From Pseudovirgaria hyperparasitica (Eukaryota): 64,000 nt of DNA. Below, piece by piece: positions 22,720 to 33,612 of the stretch. Each line of letters begins with the position of its first letter. Position 1 is the stretch's first letter. Location of the stretch: NCBI GenBank assembly GCA_010093815.1, contig ML996572.1, one strand, 5' to 3'. The notes beneath the pieces were generated by a model. That model ran no database searches, was not told the origin of the DNA, and saw only the letters and a list, made by a program, of their open reading frames with translations. The translations under genes and the position numbers were made by a program.

Positions 22720-25701
22720 TTAGTTAAGGGCAGCCCTTAACTAATAATCAGGTAGGTTTTTAGGCGCCTAATCTTAGTACTCGAGGTCGCGAGCTAGCTC
22801 CTAAAGAATCGTGTCGCTTATCTTAGAGAGGTTAGATTCCTCCTCGTCGGATAGTTCGTTAGGCCTCTCCTATCTATAGAAGTTCTCTTCGACGTTATCT
22901 AGGCCCGTGTTAGGCTTAAATTTCTTAAAATTAATTGGCTGCTTGGCGGCGCGCGCCTCGTTAAATTCCTTCTAGAACGACCTATCCCTATAGACTAGCC
23001 TTTCCTACCTTGCTATTTTCTTAAAGGTCTCCACGAATACCCTCGAGCCCTCCTTAAACCAGGCGTCTACCTTAGCTTTAAGTTGTTAAGGACTTGCGTT
23101 AAGCCACGCAGCTGCCTCTTCTTTCACCTTCTAGCTATCCTATCTTTTACGGCCGACTAATGCGTCGCTAACGGCGTTAAAACTCGGGAGTTAAACCGCG
23201 GCTGGGAAGGCAAAAGGAATCGCGCCGTATTTATTAGAAAATCCCGACGGAGACGTAGGTCCCGGAGTTAAATTCCTGTGAGCTACTGTGAGTTGTTCCC
23301 ATGTGCCCATTTTAGGCACTTCCATTGTTATATGATTAGGGCCAATCGCGACATACCATGGAAGTATCGTGCGTCTTCCACCCTTTACGGGACCCTAGGC
23401 GCCGTGTATTATTAGTGGGCTAGAGATGCGTACTTTAAGGGACTGGTAGGGGACCGGGACGAAGGGACTAAATCGTTTCCTATCGTCCGCATTATAGATC
23501 TTGTCATTAATAGCCGTAATTATACCGTTTCGATTGACCCCCTCGCGGAGCTTGGCCTTCGACTACTATTCGTTTAAGAACTTATAGAAGCGGGGAACGA
23601 TTATGGTATAGTCGTCACTTCGTTCGTCGTCGAGACTAATGCTTCCCTAGATTATATTAAACCCGTGTCTATCGCTAGGATCGAGGATTCGATTAATGGC
23701 GTTATCGAGATGCTTGAAACCCGTCTTATCGCCCCTATCCTAGGACTTCGCATAGTACGGGTACGAGATTAGATAGTAGTTAAGATCGGGCCGAAGAGCG
23801 ATATAGGTGAGCTAGTAAAGTGGGCATTACCTAATAAACTATTGGATATAGGAGTGGTATGTAGTTCGTAGCTAGCCGTAGTTCGATTTCTTATTAAACA
23901 TGCGCTAGTGGTACTTATACATATTAAATTCATCCCTTACGAGTTCTAGGATACTCTTATTAAGTATAGAGGTCGTCTTTTTAAGTGGCTCGAAGAGCCC
24001 TTTAATGTTAACACTTCCGGTATATTCCCACTCGTCGAAGAGTTACCTACCTATCCTACCGTCCTCCTTCTAAATCATAAATGTAATGCTAGTAAGGATG
24101 GTTTTAATATTAATGACTTACTTCGGGGTCTCTAGGGCCTAGTAATAATAGATACCTAATGCCTCTATCGGATAAGGTGGCCGCGCGTACTTCGCGAACT
24201 AGGTATAGCGGTCCTTATGAACTTTAAGGGCCCCTACGTTATCTCTAAACTTATATACCATTTTAAGTCTCGCTACTAGGTTTAAGTAGAATACGCTAAC
24301 GAGTATATTATTCTTTCTAGCCACGTCTTAGTAATGCTTGTAGTAGACTTTATACGGAATAGCTATGTTACCTATCTACGCTTTCTAGCGCACTAGTAGG
24401 GCCATTCCCTTAATGCTCGTGAAATTCTTCTTTAATGATATAGCTACCTTAAAAGTCTTCGTCACTAAAGGCGCGTATTAATACTTCTTAGGCTCGTTCT
24501 CTTCCTCGACCGATACTATCGTCTTAGGGTGCGAACTAAGAATAACCGGGGATTGTCGTATAGGCGCCCCTAGTAATTACTAAGAGCCGGTAGATAAGGC
24601 ACGTCCGCGAGTAGGTTTTGTCGGCGTGGCCGTAACGGGTACTAAAGACGTTCTCGTATGGCCCGGTAAGGGACGTTTACTAGTAGTAGTGGGAGGAATA
24701 CTTACTTTAAACGGATGACTAGCTTTAAAGAGACGACATACTACTAAACTAGGAGGCGTGCTTCGTGGAGGGGACTTTACCGTAGGCGTTACCTACACTA
24801 GTTTTAGCGACGGTAAGGTCTAAGGCGGAGGCGATGCACTCATCTCTTTGATTTATAGGTAGTATTCGACGGGCCTATGAACCATTCTACTTATCTATGA
24901 CTATTAACTAGCGGGGATAATAAGTCCCGTCTCGTTATAGAACGTTAGTTTATTTTATCGGCTAGGGTAGTTCGAGAGTTACTAGAGAGATAGGCCGTCC
25001 TTATTACTATCGCTGGCTAGGGCGGCATTAATATTAGAGCTCTAAAGATATGCCTTAATTCCTCTTCCCTTCTATCCCTGGCCGATTCGGGACCATAGGG
25101 ATGCGTTTAACTAGTTCCTTACTCTCGCCTATGTTCGCACTCGTGAGAGTGCTGCTAGCTTTTCTATAAAGTTCTATGTTTACTAGAGCTATCCGAGGGC
25201 GGATTAGAGTGACTAGCCGTCGTTATTAGGGAGGTCTTTTCGCTAGTTTTATAGGATTGCATTTTTAGCTTTTAGGATGCGGGAGTTGGTATCTCTTCCA
25301 CGACGAATTATCTCGTGGACTTCTTTCGGAATAGAGGAGTTAATCTTTACCTTACTATACCCTATTACGGCTCCTGCTTCCTAGAAGAGGTTAACTATAC
25401 TACTTGAGAGCTATTCTACGAGGCTAGTAATATAAAGGAGATTATTAAATGTGTCTAGAATATAGTCCTATCGCTCTTGCGGGTCCTAGATGGCGATAAT
25501 TCGGTTAATAGTAGACTTATTTATTTCTATAGCTTCTATAGCCTATCCGTGTGGAGTAGTAGATGGCCTTAATACCACGATAGCCGTTGATGGCCCTACT
25601 TTAGTACTCACGACTCTTAACTAGAACCGCGTCTATCTTATTAGTGCTTGACGATCTTATGACTCTTCACGGGTAGGCGTTTTCTTCTTCGGCGGGGCCA
25701 T
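22720..25701 (-). pseudogene. Extra ORF of the Gypsy element (~980 codons): unknown N-terminal region, S/P/T-rich linker, PhyH-like 2OG-Fe(II) dioxygenase domain; RIP-inactivated
   Basis: ATG at 25701 (MAPPKKKTP) is in the same frame as GFKHLD (23704-23721), II*GSISLDDERSDDYTIIVPRFYK, NE**, VPVPYQ, PLIIHG (His 23404-23406) and RRTILPWY; stops seen are TAA/TAG, explicable as RIP products. Confidence 0.8.
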
Positions 25702-25819
25702 TATTATTATTAGTTCTATCGGCGAGTTGCGTTCTAAGGAGAGGTAGTTTAAGCGAGGCGGAAGTAGAGGAGGAGGTTTTATCAATTAAGGAGGTATGGA
25801 GAGGTGTAAGAGGGAAGAG

Positions 25820-25826
25820 TTATATA
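25820..25826 (-). promoter_or_regulatory. Candidate TATA box followed by a CT-rich tract upstream of the extra ORF
   Basis: Minus strand tatataa-ctcttccctcttacacctctccatacctcc about 120 bp before ATG 25701; caveat: RIP inflates TA content. Confidence 0.4.
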
Positions 25827-25924
25827 CTATCTTAAGTTCTCTTTTTATGCCTCCTCGAATGCCGGGTATATAGTGATTTTTATAAATGATCCTTACTAAC
25901 GGCCGTAGGCCCGTATACGTGTCG

Positions 25925-26027
25925 AATCTATGAATAAATATATACTAGGTATATAGGAAATCTATGAATAAATGTGTCTACCGGGTATATGGCGGAATCT
26001 ATAAATAAATAGATACCGGGTATATTC
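25925..26027. repeat. Three tandem ~35-bp repeats (aatctatRaataaat...taccgggtatat) between pol and the extra ORF
   Basis: Three imperfect units directly visible. Confidence 0.85.
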
Positions 26028-26357
26028 TTATCCTCATGAGACTTCCTATAAGTATCTTTTTCTCTTATACCTTCTCCTTCTTTTCTTCCTTATTAGTTCC
26101 TAATAGGGCCCGTTCTATAGTAACGAAATGGGCCTTCGATGGGTGGGCTTCGATTACACGACCGGTTTTAATGTATGGTGGGTGGAATTTCGCGTAAACG
26201 CTATTATGTCTTCTTTCGAGCATTACTTACTTTAATAATGGGTTTTATTATTTTATAGTGATGATAGGGTTTATCATCCTCTTTCGATAATAGAGTTCAT
26301 CGTCATGAGACTACTTTTATAAGCATCCCTTCCCTCCTTAAAAAAACTTCTATCCCC

Positions 26358-29300
26358 TAGAAGGAGATGTCGATTCTAGGGAAACGCAAATATTCCTCTC
26401 TATTAAAGCCTTGCGGAGTAGGAATTACTACTTCCACCCGGGTTCGTGTGGCGTCGTCGAGGTGTTCCGTGAGTTATTTATGATAGTTTTCCTTATCGCT
26501 ACTCTTCTTATTTTCCTCGGTAATTCTTCTAATTGGTAGTCGCGAGGGCTTGTCGTGACTCTCGTTACTTATATTTCTCATGAAATATTTCTTTAACCTA
26601 TGGCTAGGAAACGTCCCTCTAAGCATGGCTCTATTAAGCTCCGCGAGCTTATAAGTGTAATTAAACACGGACTGGATTTTATATGGCCCCCTCTAATGCT
26701 ACCTTAGCTTTCGCTCTATGTTCTTCTATTACTACGAGTTATATAGGAGGATAATTATATTGACTGGTAACGACTCTTAACGAAGGTGATGGTCGTTATT
26801 CCATGCCTCTCTTGATTCCTCACGCGTTCGTGTCGCGTGGGCATGGGCCTCCTTAAGATTCTCGGATCTTCTCTTAAGTTATCTAGCTCGAAGAGCGAGT
26901 AAGTCGGACGTTAATCGTACCTCGTCCTAAGGGAGTATTCGGAGCGACTTAAATTTGACTTTAATAGGCATGATTGGTTTATAGCCGAGCACGAGGTATA
27001 CGGTACTATACCCTATGCTAGCACGTGTCGTTATTCTATCTATCTAGACGACCGCATGGAGGTAGTCGGGCTAGTTCTTGAATCCGCCATTAGTTATCTT
27101 CGCGAGAGTATTAGCGAGTAGTATAAAACTTCTCTCGATAATCCTATTTACTCGGGGATTATACGTAGACGTAACCTTCTAATAAATTCTATAGAGTCGG
27201 AGGAGCTCCTCTATGGCACCCATATTTTCTCTACTACCGTTATAGGTGATTTTAGGAATGATTCCGTATCTATAGATTACGTTCTTAAAGAGGAACTTTA
27301 TGACGACTATGGACGTGGCCGCCGTATATGCCTCCGCCTTAGTCTATCCGCTTAGCTATTCTCGTATAGATACTACTTTACTATACCCTATAGAAGGTGG
27401 TAGTATCGTTACGTCCAAGTGCATTCTTTACTAAAGAATAGGCGTTATAATGTGGTGGAGCCCTTTATCAAGACCTCCGAGGAGCTTACTTCGTTATTAA
27501 CATTTATTATAGGTTTTCACGTGCTATCGCACGTCTCTATATATACCTACCTACTAATACTTATCCTTAATCCTTCTAAGGGTCCCTTCGCTACCTCTAT
27601 GATCTATCTCGTTATAAGTAGTAGTAATTATACGCGCCCTAGTATTCGGATCCTTAATTACTCGTGTATGTTAGCGATGCCTATCTCCTCTCCGCTAGAG
27701 TATTCGGTCACGCACGAGGAACTTTAGGTAGTCGGTTATAAAGGCCTTATACGCTCGGTCGGTTAGGTCGGTTAGCCTCTTAAGTATAGTAAGATACTTC
27801 GTAATCCTCTACTATTTATCGCTATATTCATCTATTAAGGGAGACTTAATGGCGGTATAGTCGAGTATCTCTATCGTGTAATCTCTCCTACTAATAGGCT
27901 TGATTAACGACGTCTCTAGTATATTTATATATAGAGCCATGTCCACGAACTCGTCTAGGTCAAAGGTAGAGACGTCTGGTGGTTCTTCTCCTTCGTGCAT
28001 CCGTGAGATACCGTTGGCGACTACGTTACGCTTCCTAGGTACATGCCTAACTATAAAGTTCTATAGCTAAATCCACGCGAGCCACCTAGTAACGAGCGCC
28101 CCTAGTAAGTTAGTTACGGTGCGGTTAATTTAAGCGACTAGAGTATTCGCGTCTATTTCTATAATAAAGTACGTGCTATAGAGGTATTACCGGAACTTCT
28201 ATAACGCGTGGAGGAGGGCTCGGTACTCTAGTTTCATGGTGTCGTAGTTTCTCTTAGCTTTTAACCACATTCCTCTATTATACCGCGATAGCTAACATTT
28301 ACAATCCTCGTTCTCCTATATTAACATAGCCCCCTACCTAACGTTACTAGAGTCTACTACTAGGATTATATCTCCCGTACCTATCCCGTACCGTAACGTT
28401 ATTAGTGCGGGAGTAGTAGTTAGAGCTATCTTTAGCGCGTCCATCGAGGTCTACTCCTTAGCTATCTACTACTAGGCCGATTTATTCTTTAATAGTATAA
28501 ATAGCGGCGATGCGATAATAGCGTACCCGGGGATCTATATCCGGAAATATATATAAACGCTAAGGAAGGCTCGCACATTCGTCGTGTTTTTATAGGGTTT
28601 CTAGTCCCTAATAGTAGTAACCTTTTTATTACTCGGTCGCCTCCCTTTAATGCCGTAGACGTATCCTATAACGTTAGCGGCTTCAATATACTACTAAGTC
28701 TTCTTGCCACTTAGGGCGCATCCGGCGCGCTCTATATCCGCGAGAACCTTATCCACGTTAATTAAATGTTCTAGGATATACCTACGAATTCTAGGCAGGG
28801 CCTTCTTAGAGTTATATTTCGTCGTGGGTCCTTTAATGCCTAAGTTATCTAGGAATAGTAGAGCCCTCTCCGGGATGTGTTCTTATATAATAGTTAATAT
28901 AATCCTAACGAACTAAGCTACTAAATTAGTAGCCCCTTAAGGTAATATTATTCTATATAGTAATCCTAGGGGCGTTATAAACCCCGTTAAGTCTCGGTAA
29001 TACTCTACTAATAGAATCTAATCGTATCCTAAGAAGAAGTCGGTAAACGTTAAGACGGCTATCCCCGTAAAGTGCTCCGAGAATTCTTTACACGAGGGCG
29101 GCGTGGCCGCATTACGAATGGTGACTCGGTTGATTTCTATCGCCGAATTGATTAATCTATAATCTCGTTCCTTATTGGCTTCCTTCTTCTTTTCTACGAG
29201 AAAATAGGCGTTTCGATAAGGACTACTATAGGGCTCGAGCCTTCCGCTATTAAGACGCTCTTTTAGAATCGTGAGTACCTTCCCATGAAGGGCTCTAGGA

Positions 29301-32300
29301 ATATTAAAGTTCTTAGCCTACCATGCCTTATGTTCCACCGTTCGGATCTCCTACGGAGGTGCTACCTCTTTATTAAATTTACTAAGGTATAAGAATTCCT
29401 ATGCTAGTACTTCCTCGCGATATAATAAGATTGTATATAGTAACTTGAGTTCCGCGGGACGTAGCTCCATTCTAATCTTTAGCTAACTTATACGTAGAGG
29501 CGTTAGACGTGTTCCTAGCGGGATAGTTGCCCTTTAAGGCTCTATTAGCCTATTAAACGCGTTAAGGCCTAGGTGGACGGCCGGAAGAAGTACCTACTAT
29601 GCGATTGCTTATTCACGCTAGTCTAGATACTCTAATGGATTCCTAGGGACCTTTCGGTGGGCTTCGGAGTCATCTATAGGGTGTACTTTAACTCCCTTTC
29701 TTTTATATATGGTAGCCATACTAAATCCCTTTGATACCCCGGATGAATACCGTCTTTAGAGGCCGGTGGAGCCTACTATAAGCCGTTCTATTATCGTGCC
29801 TTATTTATATACGAAGGCAGCGTACCTTGCCGCCGTAACTAGGGCGGCTAAGTCATCTTTTCTTAATAACCGAGTAATATTTTTAGGCCGGATTTTCTTG
29901 GAAAGTAACTCTATATAACTCATTTCTATATCCGTATAAAAATATATCCTATCCCCTTCGTTAGTGGGTTTACCGGACCCTATTTAGTGCGGATTATTAG
30001 TTAAGGGTAGCCCTTAACTAATAATCCGGCTTAACTCCGGCTTCTAGCGACATGCTCCGCTATATAGTTAGTCTCTAGCTATGGAGTTACCCTCCTTCTC
30101 TAAGACTAGAATATACTCGTCCGGACTAGTTTTGAAGGTTATACGTTCTTATCTATATGCGGAGTAGACTATTAAGAGTACTTACCTAGAGGCTAACCTC
30201 TACACCGTAAGTAAGGCCTGCCTAGTATATGGCTCCCCTAGGATAAGGTCATGATTAAGTTCACTATATACGAATATCGAAGTGGCCGTAACGATCCGAC
30301 CTATGCGGATAGGGTATTACTATACTATTCCTACGAATGGAGTGCTATGCTAAGTAGCGCTAACCAAACTCGAGTTCTTTATATATGGTAGAAGCGAAGA
30401 TATCGCTAGCCCGAGACGCCTCGTAGCATCTAGTCGAATACCATTTACCTACGCGCTACTATTAAATAGTACTATACTAGTCGCCCTTTTAGGACTAACT
30501 TCCACGGGGTACCTCGGACACTCGGCCACTAGCCTTACTATCCCTTTCTTAAGCTAATTAATGTCTCGTTACGTGATGGCCGTCCCTATAGTATAGAGGG
30601 GTGCTAATACGTTAAGTTTATTTATCTCGGGAGCCATAGCATGGTCGTTTCTTCCTTTCTTCTTAGCTCTCTCCTCTCGAGCCTCGCGGACCTCTCTAGC
30701 CATGAAGTCGGGGGCGCCCTTCTCGAATACCGCACGACGTAAGTCGCCATTAAGGCTTAATAGTTCGCTAATAGTAATATTCATGGTTGTCCCTAGAACG
30801 CGCACTAGCCATACTTCGCTAGCTTCTATGCTTAGCCGCTATCCCTCGCGTAGATAGTTATTAAGCTTAACGCCTCGGATACGTGCCTTTTAACTAGGAT
30901 TTAGGCTATCCCCTTTATCTATCTTATTCTTAGGCGCCGTTAGCTCTTGTTTAGACGTTCCCTAGTCGCTACTCTTCTCGCCGTCCTCCTATTCCTCGAT
31001 AATCCTTATATACTACTCTTTACGTATTCCGCGGAGACGGGCGATCTTTCTTTTCTTAGTACGATTAGGTGTACTCTTCGTGATCCCCCTTCTAGATATT
31101 ACGAGCATAGCGGGCTCTTCTAGGGCCATCTCCTCGCGGATATATCTGTTACTAGCCACGTCGAAGCGTTTATAGAATTCTATATGTCTATCTTTCTTAC
31201 TCTCGGGCGACGTGACTTCTTCTTCCGAATCGCTGTCCGCTGAGGCCTGGTAGGGACCCTTCGTAGGTTTTATACTAATACTATATACCGGCACTCCCTA
31301 TAAAGTGTTAATGTTTACTACGGATGTAGAAACCTTCACTCCCCCTCCGTACTAGCTTAGGCCGTTTTAAACTATTACTATATAGTTCCGGATAGCTTAT
31401 AGGGTAGCTTATAGCCCTACCGAGGAGGGTGGTAATGGGATTTCTTCTCCGTTCGCCCCGAAACGCCCTTAGAATACTCGCACCCCGTTAATATTTAGTA
31501 ATCCGTCTCTAATATATCCTACTATCTCCGGACATCTATATATTGGGTGATCTTCTCTACACGTGATGCACACGATCGGTCTTCGAGGCCTATCCTAGGC
31601 TATAACGCCTCCTTAGGAGTCTCGGGTAGAGACGTATTCTCTATTCTATGTATAATTCTATGGATAAACTTACGTTGGTTCCATGGGCATGCCTTATACT
31701 TAGGGGTGTGTTAAAAGATTTAGCCTTCGCGCCTACTAGTTAATAATGGCCGAAAGTAGCTTAGGTTTGTACTTCTTAAGGGATGAGAATAAGGGATTAG
31801 AGGTAAAGTAGGACTTTATCTTAATTAACGTAAGGTCTAGTTTACTAAATCTCTCTACTATCTCGTTAAACTTATCTAATCCTAGCGTGATATATACTTC
31901 GACTAGAGAGGGGTGGCTAAATTTATTAGTTCTTCTTTCTTCATGTGACTACTCTTCTAAGCTAGTCTTCTTACTCCCTATCTTTGATTTATAGTACATG
32001 GCTATGGCCAGCTCTTATGCGGCTAAGTACTTGTTAATACGAGCTAGTTCCTTAAGTGCTCTAGCCTTTCGTGATACGAAGTTATAGATAATTATCTAGT
32101 CGTAACTATGTGCTTCCATCGTGAGTTAACATTTCTCTATAGCCCGAGCCTTAAGACTATTAGGCAGCCCTTCTAGGAAGAGCTCTATTCGCGAATATAA
32201 GCTTAGGCTTCCTTTAGCCGTAAGTTTCTCCGTGATAACATGATACTAGGAGTAGTACATGGGGAGAGAGTAGGATGGGTCTACTTTGACCATTTCCACG

Positions 32301-33055
32301 TATTTTCGGACAAAGTGGATGGTGCCTTCCTCGAGGGCGGAGTTAAATAGAGAGAATTCCTTTAATAATTCTTCACGTAGCGTGGCCTACTACTATTTCT
32401 AAAACCCACCCATTCCTTTAATGGTAGGACGGAGATAGTCCTCGCAGTATAATGGTAGGGAGGTTATCTTCTTATTAGGCGGAACTTCGTAGTTTATATA
32501 TATATCCTCGTACTTCCGAAGGAAGGCCGTGATATTTATTCCTTTAAAGCGCTTGGGGGCTAGGGTGGGTAGAGGTACTATCCTTCCTTATCGCGCAAAT
32601 GCTACGAAGAAGTTAAGTATCTCTCTACGAGTTACTAGGTCGTTGTTTTAAGCTTCTATCGCACCATTACTAGTAGTAGGTGTGCTAGTAGAGACGCTAG
32701 GGGTAAGGTTATTAGTTAAGGGATTACCTTAACTAAAGGTTGGCCTAATGCGTCTACCTATAACACCTATCATCCCTTCTCCATGTTAATTAATCCCTTT
32801 ATAAGGTGAACTATTACTATCGTCTTCATCGATATAAGGTTCACGGTATTCTACTTATGTTATTATCTTCGTGTGAGGCGTTCCTAAAGTAGTATACTCG
32901 TATAGCCGTGTTTATAAATAACAGCTATGGTAGTACTAAACAGGTTATATTTGTCGTTTTTAAACTCTTCTTTACTGCTTTATCTGGCCCTGTTTTATAT
33001 CCTATTCCCCTGAGACATTTTCGAGTCGCGCTATCACCCGTATTAGCATGCGCAT
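26358..33055 (-). pseudogene. Gypsy gag-pol, apparently one reading frame, RIP-inactivated; ends approximate
   Basis: Gag PKRFKGINITAFLRKYE ~32510-32560; CITCREDHPIYRC knuckle ~31530-31571; protease LF(D)S(G)A(Q)VN ~30445-30470 and DLILGEP ~30230-30250; RT FLD(D)LGIKGP ~28825-28855; integrase YNPRVN ~27150 and GPY ~26681-26690; gag, PR and RT checked to be in the same phase. Confidence 0.88.
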
Positions 33056-33219
33056 GCTTTTTACAGCTACTTTTAAGAGGCTAGCCCCTAGCGACTCCGG
33101 ACTCCCTGTTTTCCGGACTCGTGGCTTCGATCTAGTAAGTCTAGACTACCTTATTAGGCACGCCATATACTTCCCCTAAGCTAGTTTCGGAGTTCTAATC
33201 TCCCCCTGTAAGTTCGTAG

Positions 33220-33236
33220 TCCGGGTACGACCTCTA
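33220..33236 (-). other. Primer-binding site, probably complementary to tRNA-Gln 3' end
   Basis: Plus strand ccgggtacgacctcta = ccgggcacgacctcca after two CA>TA reversions, matching my recollection of fungal tRNA-Gln 3' ends plus CCA; lies 4 nt from the 5' LTR. Confidence 0.7.
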
Positions 33237-33240
33237 AAAA

Positions 33241-33612
33241 TGTGATGAGCTATCGCCACGTATGTCCCTTTTTATAAATGGCTATATCCTTAGTATAGTA
33301 GTCGCGACGAACTCACAAGTATCTCTCCTAGGTATTATGAGTTCTCTTTGAACGCACGACTTCTTATTAGTTCTCTTTTACAATAGGACGGGTCTATATA
33401 ATACTCTTAATCGATTCATTAATAGCTAAGCCTAATAATTAATACCTATAGAGGCCTATGAACGTAAGGAAAGGTCGAATCGTCGAATATTAGTGATGGG
33501 GGAAGCGTGTCATTTAGAATGACCAAGGAAAACGCCCTCCTTAAATATACAATGAGCCATGTAATCGAGCTAGGGACACATACATGTGGGGCTGTAGGAG
33601 CGGCCTTCTACA
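33241..33612 (-). repeat. 5' LTR (372 bp)
   Basis: tgtgatgagc...ccttctaca with TG...CA termini. Confidence 0.95.

Larger units (their letters stand above)
22198..33612 (-). mobile_element. Ty3/Gypsy LTR retrotransposon, 11.4 kb, no chromodomain seen (Ylt1-like features), with an extra ORF; RIP-mutated
   Basis: Two 372-bp LTRs, 4-bp TSD atac (22194-22197 / 33613-33616), PBS, PPT, and gag-PR-RT-RH-IN domain order on the minus strand. Confidence 0.93.

Noticed and set aside
22720..25701. env gene in the extra-ORF position
   Set aside because: No signal peptide or transmembrane segment evident; the motifs fit a soluble 2OG-Fe(II) oxygenase.
26474..31294. Short ORF-track ORFs inside the AT-rich block as independent genes
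   Set aside because: They are stop-free fragments of the RIPed gag-pol or its antisense strand.
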